DNA of 64,000 nucleotides, taken from Lama glama (taxonomy: Eukaryota). Under the pieces are notes generated by a model that did not search any database, was not told the origin of the DNA, and was given only the letters and a program-made list of their open reading frames with translations. Positions 25,598 to 37,671 of this stretch are shown in pieces. A program made the position numbers and the translations under genes. The stretch covers positions 87,546,001 to 87,610,000 of the forward strand of contig CM052816.1 of NCBI GenBank assembly GCA_028534125.1, written 5' to 3'. The stretch's first letter is position 1. Every line of letters begins with the position of its first letter.

Positions 25598-25972
25598 TAC
25601 AATGGACTGAATTTTTGTGCCCCCTTCCCCAAAATTCAGTGTGTGAAGCCCAAATCCCTATTGTGGCAGCATTTGGAGAGATGGAGCCTGTGGGAGGTAA
25701 TTAAATCATGAGTCTGGAGACCTCATGAGGGGATCAATGCCCTTATTAAGAAAAGACACTGAAGGGCTTGCTACCATTCTTTCCTCCTTGTGAGCATCCA
25801 AGGTAAAACCAGGAGGGATGTCCTCCACCAGTCACTGGATCTGCTGGTGTTTTGATCTTGGACTTCCCAGGCTCCAGAATATGAGAAATAATTGTTTGTT
25901 GTTTAAGCCACCCAGTCTGTTTTTTGTTTTGTTTTGTTTTGTTCTGTTTTTGCTATAGCATCCCAAACTAAG
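25598..25972 (+). mobile_element. MaLR LTR (MLT1A-like)
   Basis: ATGGACTGAAT...CCCCAAAATTCA...TGCCCTTAT...GATCTTGGACTTCCCAGGCTCCAGAATATGAGAAATAA...GTTGTTTAAGCCACCCAGTCT. Confidence 0.85.
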
Positions 25973-26054
25973 GTGATAATGCTTCAGTGTTAGAGAACTC
26001 CCGTGATCCTCAGAACTTGGAACTTAGATCTTGGAGAGATTTTCTCCTTCATAA

Positions 26055-26258
26055 TCTTTTTTGAAATAGTTTTATTAAGATATAATGGACATACCATATA
26101 GTTTACTTAAAAGTGTACATTTAAACGTGTCCAAGTATCATTTAAAAGCATATAATTCAGTGGACTCTAGTATATTCACAAAATTGTGCATCCATAGCCA
26201 CAGTCAATTTTAGAACAGTTCCTTTAGCCCAAAAAGGAACCTTGTACCACATAGCCAT
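26055..26258 (-). mobile_element. L1MB-like 3' terminus fragment
   Basis: TTTATTAAGATATAATGGACATACCATA...AATTCAGTGG...TAGTATATTCACAAAATTGTGCATCCAT. Confidence 0.75.
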
Positions 26259-27189
26259 CTGATATTTTAAATGGAAAAATTTAAAAACAGAAAAGGGATA
26301 TAAAACTGAGGGGTTCATGTGGGGAGAGGCAGCTGGCAATTATAGAGTTGTCAGGGAAGGCTGAGAAAGATAACACTTAAGACCTGAAAGAGGTGAGCTA
26401 GTCTTTGACTTAGAGCAAGATGGACTTTCAAAGCAATTCTTTATCATCTTTTGAAAATATTTAGGGTATGGAAGCATTTGATGATATAAACAAGCTAGTC
26501 CTCTCTCCCTGCACTTTGAGGATGTTGTCTTATAATTGGAATTTTCTTCTCTAGAAGGACTTTTCTAATTTTAAATATGGAAACCCATTAAACACAAATA
26601 TTACTGGCAGTAATAATAATAAAAACATATAACATGAATATTTGCAGTTATCTATCCTAATCTGTTTCCACGAAATTCACCACCCAGTGGAAAGACTGCC
26701 ATTCAAATAGGTTAACATTACAGCACTAGTTCTGCTCATAACCCACTTGTAGCGGCTGATAAGAAACTGGCATTTCCTTTCTCAGTAGCCTCCGATATCC
26801 ATGTCGTAAAGTAGCTCTGTGATGGGTGGCATGCCGAGTGATGCTTCATTACCCCGCACTTGTTATCTCTCTCTCATAAATGGAGGGCACAAAATGAAAG
26901 AGGTTAACAGGCATAAACCTCCCTGGTAAACATAGCGCAGCGCTTAATGAGCAGACTATTCCTTTTCCTCCAGCATCTAAATGTCTGTGGCAATTATGTT
27001 ATATTTCTAATAGTTCTCTTGCAAATGTACACATATGATCTTGTGGGCAAGGAACACTTCTAAAAGAGTAAGGGATTGGGGAGCAGATGCCCCTATAAAG
27101 GGGACTGGGACTACTCTCTAAGTATTTAGCCTAAGTGTCTCTAATATTTCCAAGCATCGCTTTATTGTTTGCTTTTATAAGGCTATCGC

Positions 27190-27885
27190 AAAAGATGCAT
27201 TCAAAGACTGGAAATGTTACATGCAGCTTAAAAACAATAAAAGGAACAGGCACATACCCAGTATCAAGCTTAGGAAATAAAACAAATCCTTCCTTTGAAG
27301 ATTGCTGTGTGCATACCTCACAAAAACTGCTTTCTTGTCCCCTCCCAGTGGTAACCACTAATCCTGAATATTCTATTAATTATTTTTAGCAAGTCTTTAT
27401 AATTGTATCAGATAGCTGGGAGTATCAATAAGCAATATACTGTTTACTTTTTGTTTTTCTAGTTTTGACCTTAATATAACTGAAGTCATACTAAAAGTAT
27501 TCTTGTACTACTTAATTTCATATATGTTTTCTTGACATTCATCTATGCAATACAGATACACACATATACATATATATGCCCTAAAATTAACTAAATGACT
27601 GTATAACATGACTTGTGTGGGTTGTATATAAATACAAATGTATGCACTTACTTATACATTTATTTATACATTGATACAGCACTGCTGTAAATAGTCTTGT
27701 GCATGTCCCTGGTGAGAACTGAGGTTGTCTAGGGGTAGCTGTCTGGATTTTATCCTATGATTCCTCTTCAGTTTCACTAGGTCATGCCAAAAAAATGTTT
27801 CCTAAATGCTTGTAGAAAACTTGTACCATCATCTATTTATGAGACATATACTCTTTATACTTTGGCATTGTTGTACTGTTTTCAA
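27190..27885 (-). mobile_element. L1ME-like 3' fragment
   Basis: CCCTCCCAGTGGTAACCACTAATCCTGAAT...GACATTCATCTATG...CACTGCTGTAAATAGTCTTGTGCATGTCCC. Confidence 0.65.
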
Positions 27886-28139
27886 ATAAACCTAGGTTTT
27901 TAAAAAATTGTTTGTTTCATGAAGATAATAACACATTATGCAGTCAAGTGTCAAGCTACCTAAATGCCATATGGGATTTCTTTATATTTGAGATCGTCAT
28001 TTTTCATGATGCTAAATGATGTCTGTCAGGATAAAGCTCAGTTCTGTTTTCCAGCTGTTCCCTGTCCCTTCTTCCCTGCTGTACCATTTGGGTTATTATG
28101 GGAAGAAATATGAATCTGTCTACTCTCATATGTGTAGCA

Positions 28140-28385
28140 CCAGAATGCATGGAAGGAGAATGGGCACTGGCAATGGGAAACATCCATCTGAGTGAGAGTG
28201 CTGCCTCGCCTTGGGCCATCACCTAACCTTTCACTCGCTTGGACAGTTCATCTGTAAAGGGAAAGTAACACAGCCTTTTCATAATAATGGCTGTTGTAAA
28301 CACAGGAAATATTGGATTCACAGCCTGGCAGAATGCCTGGTACATTTCAGGAAGTTAATAAAAGGTAGTTAATATTTTTATTATG
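28140..28385 (+). mobile_element. MIR SINE
   Basis: CCTTGGGCCATCACCTAACCTT...CATCTGTAAAGGG...AGAATGCCTGGTACAT...TAATAAAAGGTAGTT. Confidence 0.65.
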
Positions 28386-29934
28386 GGCACTTTATATCCA
28401 AGACCCTCATCCTCATTTCACCTCTTAAGCTTTTTTGATAATCTCTTGTCTCCTTGTCCTTCATTGTCTTGTATTATTTTATTCTTTTACAGATAGCTCT
28501 GTTATTAGGTGCATTTTTCACTTTAGAGATTAAAAGGTCATAGTTGCAGAATTGGCATTCCTTTGAAATATACTTGTGGTGTCTAAATCTTGATATTTTC
28601 ACTTTTGTCTTTCTCTGACTCAGATTTTTTTGTTAAGATAAGTAATTGACAGGAAAAAAAATGTCTCAGTTTAAAATGAGAAAAATATCATGGATATGTT
28701 ACTTAATTTTGTGAAGGATGAAAGAAAATTGTCAGGATTTACCCTTTATTGTTGTATAAATAGTAGGCACTACATTGAAATGGTGGCTAAAATAAGCCCC
28801 TTAAGAAAAACTCCTAGTTATAACCTTGACCTCTGAACACCTCAACCCTTGTGTTTGGTCCAAATTATATACCCTACACCCATGTCTATATGAAATTAAA
28901 TCGACTTGCCAGGTTTCAGTTTTACCCAAGCACTGGTAGGGACCCAAGGGATCTCCTAGAAGATAATCCGGCTAAATTTTCCTAATCTCAAAACAATGAG
29001 CCCAAAAGGGCATCAAACCTTAGTCTCTGGGGCAGAGTGAAGTTGCTGGTAGTACACTGTGTCTGGTGCCTGGCCCCTTTGATGCTTGTTTTAGGTTGTA
29101 ATGTAACAGAGCTTGCCAAGAAACATAAGAATTTTCCCACTCAATCTGTAAATCACTGTAGTAGATATCGTTATGTGTTCTTGAGAATGTCAAAGCTCTA
29201 CTTCATGAAACAGTAAGACAGAGAATGGTGATGAAAAAGCAGTTGAAGAGGTCACTGGATGAGAAATTGTGATATTTAAGTTAGATGTGTCTGACTTGCT
29301 AAAGCCCACGGATACTTGGGGGAGGGTGTGCTTCTAGGGAGAGCAGAAGTTCCGAGCAGCAATGGAAGCAATGAGCTAATTAAATTTCCATTTTTAAATG
29401 AAAATTTATATATATAATGAAATCAAGAAAAATCTGGATTGAACTAAAGGTTAGCTGTTACACCACTATTTCTATCATGTAATTCCAGATTTTAGGTGAA
29501 CAGTTACACTGAAACCAAAATTATCAACTTGTATCAGCACTTGTCAAAATGTATCCTCTGTTTCCACCTTACAGTGGCAGGTAAAATTAGCTTCTTAAGA
29601 ACCACTAAAAATTATAATAAAATGAATTACTGGCAATTCACACATGTTTAGTTAAGAATTCAGAGTTAGAAATGAGCCTTCAAAAATGTTGGTTAATCAG
29701 AGATTGTGATGTACTTAAACCAAAGTATATTTAAAAAAACAATTGGCTCACTTTCAATTTAGAAGAAAGGAGGCATGTAAAAGGCAATAGTAAATGAGAC
29801 CTTCGATAGAAAGTTGAGTTCAGCGATTGCCTAGTACAGATTTTTGATAGTATATTAGTTCAAAAGGAGTTGAAAAATAAATATTATAACCATAATAGAA
29901 AATAATATCAACAATGGAAAGTGTAGTAGGAATT

Positions 29935-30295
29935 TGATATGAGCTGAATTATGCCTCTCCCAAATTCATATGTTGGAACCCTAACCCTCAATGTGACTCT
30001 TTAAAGATGGGAAGTGATTCAGGTTAAATGAGGTCATAAGGGTGGACTCTCATCCAACAGAACTGGTGTCCTTATAAGAGGAGTAAACCCCAGGTCAGTA
30101 GATCTCTTCCCCTACCACGTCAAGGTGTGGGGAGAAGGCAGAAGCTGTAAGTCAGAAAGAGCACTTTCTATTGAACACTGTACCAATACCTAGATCTTAG
30201 ATTTTCCAGCCCCCATAGTTTTGAGAAGTAAATTTCTATTATTTAAGCCACCTAGTCTATGATACTTGCTATGGTAACCTAAGCAGACTAAAACA
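29935..30295 (+). mobile_element. MaLR LTR (MLT1B-like), near full length
   Basis: TG...CA termini. CCCAAATTCATATGTTGGAACCCTAACCCTCAATGTGACT...GGTTAAATGAGGTCATAAGGGTGG...TTTAAGCCACCTAGTCT. 5-bp TSD GAATT/GAACT. Confidence 0.88.
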
Positions 30296-30399
30296 GAACT
30301 GAATTATTATAAAGAATAAAATAAAAAGGTTTTCATACTAGAAAATGTTATGGGATTTAGATATTCATAATATATACCATTATTTAATTTTAATCATGC

Positions 30400-30562
30400 A
30401 CTAGTCACTATGGCTACATAGGGTAACATTATTATTTCCCCCATTTTACTGATAGGGAACCGGGGGTACAGAGAAGATAATTAAATTGCCCACAATCACA
30501 CTGGACTGTGGGAGAACTGAGGTTCTAAGATGGGCAGTTTGGCCCAGGAATCCATATTCTCT
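30400..30562 (-). mobile_element. MIR fragment
   Basis: ATTATTTCCCCCATTTTACTGATAGGGAACCGGGGGTACAGAGAAGATAATTAAATTGCCCACAATCACAC. Confidence 0.75.
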
Positions 30563-33374
30563 ATACTTATAAGTGAATAATGATCTTCACATTATTCACA
30601 TGATGAAGTTATATCCTGGTAATGCTTCCGTTACGTGAAATAATGGTTTTAAGAATCATCTCTTGGGTTAATTGAAAAGAAGAAATCTTCAGAGCAGTTT
30701 ATGAGTTATGAGTTTCAAGAAATAGGTTTCACTACTCCTTTTAAATGATCAATTATTTGTAATACTAAATGGAATGTGTGACGGCTAGTTTTTAGAGTGT
30801 TATTTTTTTTGTTAAGAATATAAACTATCCTAGGGCAGGGATATTATGGTAATTCATAAGCAGTGTACTCGAAACGCATCTGGCAAAGAAATTCCATTTC
30901 TTGAATTGCAGTGTGGTGCCAAGCTATGTAACCAGAAATTACGAGACACGTCCTGCATTCATCTAACTAGTCTTGTGACCTGAGCTTTAAATATTTCAGG
31001 TTTTTAAAAAACCTATAATGTTGCACTAACATTTGCTTTGACTATAGCTAGTGCGTTAAGAATCCAAGAGAGGAGCAATTATCCCATACATTGAGCATTC
31101 TGTTGCTGGAAGATACTTTTTAAATCAAACAGTTAATCCTCTCCTTGGGAATGAGGAAGATGATCTCCAGCTGGCTGAGTAAAGGGTTAATTTAGTTACC
31201 TTCACCGAGCTATGTAACTAAATTACATGGCTATAACTCAGAACTTTTTATTACCCCTGTGGTTCTTCTTTAGGAATAGAAACCATTTTATGCCTGAGTA
31301 CTAACCTACCACTTAATTCTTAGGACATATGTAAGAACTAATAGAATGCTTGATTGATTAGTTGATTGGTTGTTTGAGTTTTCAGTAGCTGTCTTCCTAC
31401 TTACTGCATTCACCCACCTGAGAGAAAAGACAAGAAAGCATAGTCTTATTTTATATGGATTTTTTTTCTGCTTTTGTAATTCCCCATCTTTTGTTATAAT
31501 CACTGGGTGCATAAAGGCATATGTGTCTCATTTCCTTGACTTTGTTTACTATAAAATACACTTCTTTGGGTAGGGCAGCCTATTGTTTCCTTTAAATCCA
31601 GAAGCTTTTTTGATTTATCTTGTTGTCTGATCTGTTCTCTGTTATAAGCTTGCAGAAGCTATTTCAGTTCTTAGAATGCATGATGCGCTCAACTTTAACT
31701 CTTTCTTGCAAGGACTGAGGATTAACTTGTTTGTCTACAGTGTCATCAAGACTGTGCTGATAAAGTTTTGGCATGATATTGTCCCAAATTCTTTGCCAAA
31801 CAGAATCTAGATTTCTTGTATAATGACATAGGAGAATCCAAAAAAAAAAAAATGTGTTTTTGAAAAAGGCTAGAAGAGATTTAGAGCAATTCTCTTTTCC
31901 CTTCATATGAATTATTTTACTGATTCATTGAAATACAATGTTTGCAGCAAAAAGAAACTCTTTTGAATCAGTGATTGGCAGATTGCACAAGATTCAGGTG
32001 CTCATTTGGGACCTTAAAAAAGTAAATCATGGTAGTAAGTAGACATTAATGTGAAGTCAGATGACTTCCCAGAACGAACAATCGACATTATTACAATATA
32101 GACTTATGGGCTGAGAAAACGATTGGGAGTTGCCATTAAATGCTACATCTAGTTCATTGTCTTAATATTATTAAATATTTGCAGTCCCTTTCAATCTCCC
32201 TTGCACTTTTTTCTTAATGCTAGGAGAGTCGGGTATCTCTGTGACCTTACTTTAATTTGATTTAAACATCAATACAAAAGCTTCATAGGCACATTGGGAA
32301 GTAAAGTGATTTATTTTTCCATTATTACCTCTGGGAATTATGGGGAATCTTGGACATAAATTCCAGTGAGAGCCCCATCCACTTACGCAGTAACAATAAG
32401 AAAAAATTTGAGAGACAAAATCTTGAAGAGTAAGGTAAGGATGAAATTAGATTGTGTATGACCACTAAATTATCCCTTTCAATGTAAAATTTTTGTCTAT
32501 ATTTATTTTTACATACTTGTTTCACTTTAACTTTAAAAAGTTTAGTAACTAGATGTTTTCCCTAAAGAGCAATCTTTTGATAATGTAAATCTTAGCAAGT
32601 GACATTCATTACAAAAATTATTGTTAATAAAATATAAAAAATGATTATTTTCAACCAGGTCTTTTGACTAATTCCTTTGTTGCTACAACTTACATTTCTG
32701 GCATTCACATTTTCATAGCCATCATGCTCATAAACAAAATTAACCTGGTACCATAAATATCATGAACTTTATTCTCTTACAAACCATCTACCTTTCTTTA
32801 ATACGAAGATCATGGACCTCATATTAAATTCATCTGACTTTCTTTTTAAAGAAATGTTATCCCAAGGTCATGGGGAGGAGAAAACGTATGAATCACAGAA
32901 AATCAGAGCAGATGAAGCAGAAAGACTTAGAGAGCATTCTTCCTAAAAAAGCTACCCCAAATTCTCTGTCCTCATACCAATTAACAAATTGTGTTATTTT
33001 AGTTGCCTAAGGACATGAAATATTTATATATCATGTAGCTCAAGAGTAAGCCATGGTTGTTAAATAACTTATTTTTTCACATAACCGTTCTTTTATGAAT
33101 GGGGTAAGGATGAACTACAAACTTTCATTTCTGTAGAACCGTATTTGAAGTTATTTGCATTATTTTGCTCTGTGACAAATGTAATACTGGTAAAGGGCAC
33201 ACTGTCCTTTTCTCTTGTAAACAGTAAGTTTACGGGGATATATATCTGACAAATGTTTGAGGTCTTACTGCATCCCAGATTTCTGTGCATAGATCTGGGC
33301 TACAGAAATGGAGGCTACATTTGTTTCCTCTCCTTGCTGGAGAAATTGCTGTATAAGTAAATAAGTAAGACCCA

Positions 33375-34010
33375 TCCTTTCACCAAAAACATACTGAGTT
33401 CATTCCACATCAGGAATTACTCAAGGCACTACAGATGCAACAATGAACAATGCTGAGAACAACCCTATCTCCTGGATATATATTTTAGCACGAGGACACA
33501 GGTAAACCAATAAAAACAAAATTTAAAATTGCAGAATCTAGATCTTGTGGTTTTGGAAGACTTCTTTGTGGACACGACGCTTTGGCTGATACCTGAATGA
33601 CAGAAGAAGTTAACAGAAGCCTTAGTTTGTACAAAGGGCCAATGGCAAGAATGAACCCAATGTCTTCAAGGAGGTATATAAGTCTAGTGTCACTGAGGCA
33701 GGATAGATGATGGTGAAATAAAATGAGGTAGGGAAGGGGCACATCAGACATGCTTTAGAATGAAAGATTTTAGCCCAGTTTCAAATGGAGGCTAGTAAAG
33801 ACCTTTAAAACTGGGAGTGAAATGACTGGTTTATCTTCTACAGAGATGATTTGACAGCTGGTAGAGGATGTATGAATGATCGAAGAAGCAGGGAGACTAT
33901 TATAGTTGTCCAAGCAAGACACGACAGGGCTTGGATAATGGTAACGATAAAAAGTCAATGGGTTTTGTATGTTTTACTCATTGATAAGATATAGGTGTGT
34001 GAGGCAAAGC
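33375..34010 (-). mobile_element. L2 3' region
   Basis: TTCACCAAAAACATACTGAG...GCACTACAGATGCAACAATGAACA...GTTGTCCAAGCAAGACACGACAGGGCTTGGA. Confidence 0.7.
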
Positions 34011-34654
34011 AAAATTTTTTAAAATGCTATTTTTTACAATGTTGGCATAATAAGGAATGATCAATTAGTGCAGTGTGAGGAAAATGAAAACACATTTCCC
34101 AGAGAAAATGACAAATGGACTACTAAAAATTCAATAGCAGCAAAAAATGGGCTGTTAAGTTATAGATACAGGAGTGGGCCAAGGATGATGTCCTGCTCGG
34201 ATAACTCTGGGTATTCCGATGTGATTAGAACAAAGGTGTAGAGAAATGAGGCAAACAATATAGTCAGATCCAGACTATGATGGTGCTAAGTAGTTTGGGC
34301 ATAAGATACAGGGAGTGAAGATACAGAAAATACATTCTCTAAGATTATTAAAATAACACACTGCCAAATAATGCTGGGCTTACTGTAATTGTATGTAGTT
34401 CTCAAAGGCTTCTTATGTATACACATACACTGGACAATACGGTGGAGCTAGAGGAAAAAGGAAAAAAGGAAGTGGTATCTTCTGTCCCACAGGACACCAC
34501 AGAAAGAGGAACTGCCTTGGAGGCTGACAAAACAATGAAGAATTTCAGGGCAAATGTCATGGAGAAGATTCATATTAAAAAGATCAAACTGAGATGTTTT
34601 TACTCTCTGATCACAAAACAGCATAATATTCAGGAATACTTTCTTACACTCCAT

Positions 34655-34806
34655 TTATTGTTTGTTTTCTGCCCCTGCTTCCCCTTTTCACTAGAATATA
34701 AACTAAAGACAGTGAGGGATTTTGTACATCAAAGATGTATTCCAGGTACCAAGAACATTACCAGACGTGTGGTTGGTACTCGATATGTTTGTTAAATTGA
34801 TTAATG
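34655..34806 (+). mobile_element. L2 3' terminus
   Basis: CACTAGAATATAAACTAAAGACAGTGAGGGATTTTGT...GGTACTCGATATGTTTGTTAAATTGATTAATG. Confidence 0.75.
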
Positions 34807-35479
34807 TCTTTTTCTGGAAGGAAAAAAAGAAGGGAAATATGATTTTATTTGCAGAAATTAAGTGAAAGATTGCCCTCCACTAAGTCTTCCAGATTAATGG
34901 GTTTACCAAATATGAAACACTGGAGACCCTAAAACAATATTTATGAGGGGGCTAACCCTTGGAACTCTTGTATTATGGCAAATCAGATTTAAACGGTTCA
35001 TGTTCTATTAGTTGAGGGAGGTGATCCTGAGCACCAGAGAGCTAACCACAGTGGAGCTAATAAGTGAAGACAGAAATAGAAAGCTGAATTTTTCCAAGTA
35101 AAAATGAGATGATCTGTTCATTTGCAAGGACTTTAGCCCTCAGAACCTGTAAAGCAAAAAAAATGTTACTTCTCAATGTTATAAACTAGGACGTGCAGAA
35201 CACTTGGTAGTGTGATGAGAGTCTGGGTCACTGTTGGTCGTAATTCAGTAGACGGCATCTGCGGGTTGGCTAAGATTGTTGTGGGAAATGGCAAAATGTC
35301 TGCTTCTGGACCATGATTTGCAGTTCAGTCAATGGGAACTTGAAGGCAAAGTTAGATGTCGTCTCAGAATGATTAAAAAATTTGCCCAGCAGCATTAGTA
35401 ATTATTAGGAATTTGGGGACCAAGATTCAGATGATGCCACTGTACATATCTCAGAATATGAATTGACACAACTTGTACT

Positions 35480-35895
35480 GCCTGCCCTGTTCTCTGCTTC
35501 AGGTTGCAAGGCTGGGTTGCTTGAAATTTCTCTCTACACACATCACTCGACTGCTCAGCCTTCCACTTTGGTTCATGCTATTTTCACTTAATGAAATGCC
35601 CTTTCCACTAATCTTCACCTCCTTTAAAGCTAACTACCCCTCATTCATGGGCTGTTTGACTGGGATGCTGCCTTCCCTAGGCATCCTTACCTGACAACCA
35701 TCACCCCTGACAGGGAGGTGCCCAGCACTTCTCGTGCAACTTTCCGAGCTCACCTCCAGCATCAAGATATGATATTTGTTTATGTATTAAACTCTCTTGC
35801 TAGGCTCTCAGTTGTTTGATGACTGTGGTACTGGCCATTTTTAATCCAGAACTTAATACAGTTCCTGATACACAGAAACTGAGCGATGATTTATT
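35480..35895 (+). mobile_element. L2 3' region
   Basis: CCTTCCACTTTGGTTCATGCTATTTTCACTTAATGAAATGCCCTTTCC...CAGAACTTAATACAGTTCCTGATACACAG. Confidence 0.6.
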
Positions 35896-36762
35896 TTTTA
35901 TTGTAATTTGTGCGTGTATGTCTGTGTCTGTGTGTGTGTGTCCTTTGGTTCTTCCATCAGGTCTTATTTCTTAAAATAGATAATAGTCTGCCAGAGGTAT
36001 TTTCAGGAAAGATAATAATGACAACAACAATAGCATAATAATAATAGTAACAACAACTTGAAGTTGAAAAAATGGTGCTAAATATAATCTCCATGTGGTT
36101 TATAAAATTGATGCTGCCAACTCTTGGATTTCTTCTCCCTGAATACTGTAGTAATTGACCTGAGAAGAATAAGAAATTTTCATTAATATACTTGGATGAT
36201 TAAGACTTTTAACCAATTACAATTAAGAAGATAAGCAGCTCGTATCAACTAAAAAGAAGTTAAACATACCAGTTGATTCTTTTACAAGAGGCTTTAATGA
36301 GACAGTGCTCCTGAATCATCTGTGGATCCTGAGAAGGAGGCACAGTCTGCGCCATCTTGATGTTCTGGTGGCAATTCCCGGTGCTTTGTCCCTGCCTGTG
36401 AAATTGAATCCTTTTGTCCTGTGCTTATGCTGCATTCTGTAGCATTTGGTGCTTGTCATGGTAGATGTTTTAGATTCCCATTCTCCTTTCTTCGAAGGTA
36501 TCCCAATTGTAATGAAGGATTTTTCAGAGGTAATGTGTAGCTGGTAACACGTAGTTAACATCCACCTCAAGGGTGGTGGAACATTGGTAGTGCCTGGAGA
36601 TGAGATCAGCACAAAGATTTTTCCAAGCATGTTTGGCATAAAGTCACTTAGCAAAAAATTTGACTTACTATCAGTAATATCAATATTTGTAAACGTTCTT
36701 TTGAAATAATTGTAGCCTTACATTGTGTTACTGTCAGTAATGGTAGTATATTTCTCAGTAGC

Positions 36763-37275
36763 TTTTTTTTTTTAAATTGGGGTATAATTGCCATATAACA
36801 TTATTGGTTTCATGTGTACAACATTATGATTTGATATTTGTATATATTTTAAAATGCTTATCACAATAAGTTGAGTTAACATCCATCACCACACATAGTT
36901 ACAATATTTTTACAAGAAATTTGAAGACCTACGCTCTTAGTAATTTTCAGATATACAATATAGAATTATTAATATACTCACCATGCTGTACATTACATCC
37001 CCAGAACTTACTTATTTTATAACTAAGTTTGTAGGAGTTTGTACCTTTGACAACCTTCTACCTTCGTTAATTTTGACCACTCCCAACCCCTTGCCTCTCT
37101 TCTCTGTATTTATGAGTTCAGTTTTTTTTAAGTTTCCACATATAAATAAGATCATATGGTATTTGTCTTTCTCTGTCTTATTTTACTCACCATAATGCCC
37201 TTAAGATCCATCCATGTTGTTGCAAGTGGGAAGATTTCCTTCTTTTAGGGATGAATACTATTTTATTGTATATGT
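36763..37275 (-). mobile_element. L1 3' UTR (L1MA-like, Laurasiatherian) with poly(T)
   Basis: T-run followed by AAATTGGGGTATAATTG...GTTAACATCCATCACCACACATAGTTAC...CACCATGCTGTACATTACATCCCCAG...GATCCATCCATGTTGTTGCAA. Confidence 0.85.
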
Positions 37276-37671
37276 TCAGTATGTATCTTCTGATAGAACA
37301 AAAATTACTTTTTTGACTCAAAGAAACACTCTATGTTGATATTTCATAAGGAAAATAGAAACAGTGTGCAATTATAAATATTGCTACACGTCTTATTTTG
37401 TGCTCATAAGCTGGAATTATATATAAATGTAATAATTAAAGGGTTAACTAATATTTTTTATTAATAAGTATATGACTGCTGCCAGTCAGAATAGTAAGCT
37501 TCATCCCCATAGCCAATTAATCAACTGAGTATTTTAGCTTTTATACTTAGCCTTTGTTTAGTATCATCATTGTAAGAAAACCGATGTCAATTTACCTAAA
37601 TATTCATCCAGCTACTCCCCTGTATTCAATTTATCCTCTTCCAGGGCTCCACAAAATGCCAGTGGATTTAC

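Noticed and set aside
31664..31906. Minus-strand 80-aa ORF with a protein-like C-terminal half, as an exon or CR1 reverse-transcriptase remnant
   Set aside because: No convincing motif match or splice-site pair, and the N-terminal part runs through a poly(T) tract.
36316..36440. Resemblance of HKHRTKG...RWRRLCLLLRIHR* to the RPL15 C-terminus
   Set aside because: Only a few basic residues agree, and the upstream peptide and nucleotide sequence do not follow RPL15 as I recall it.
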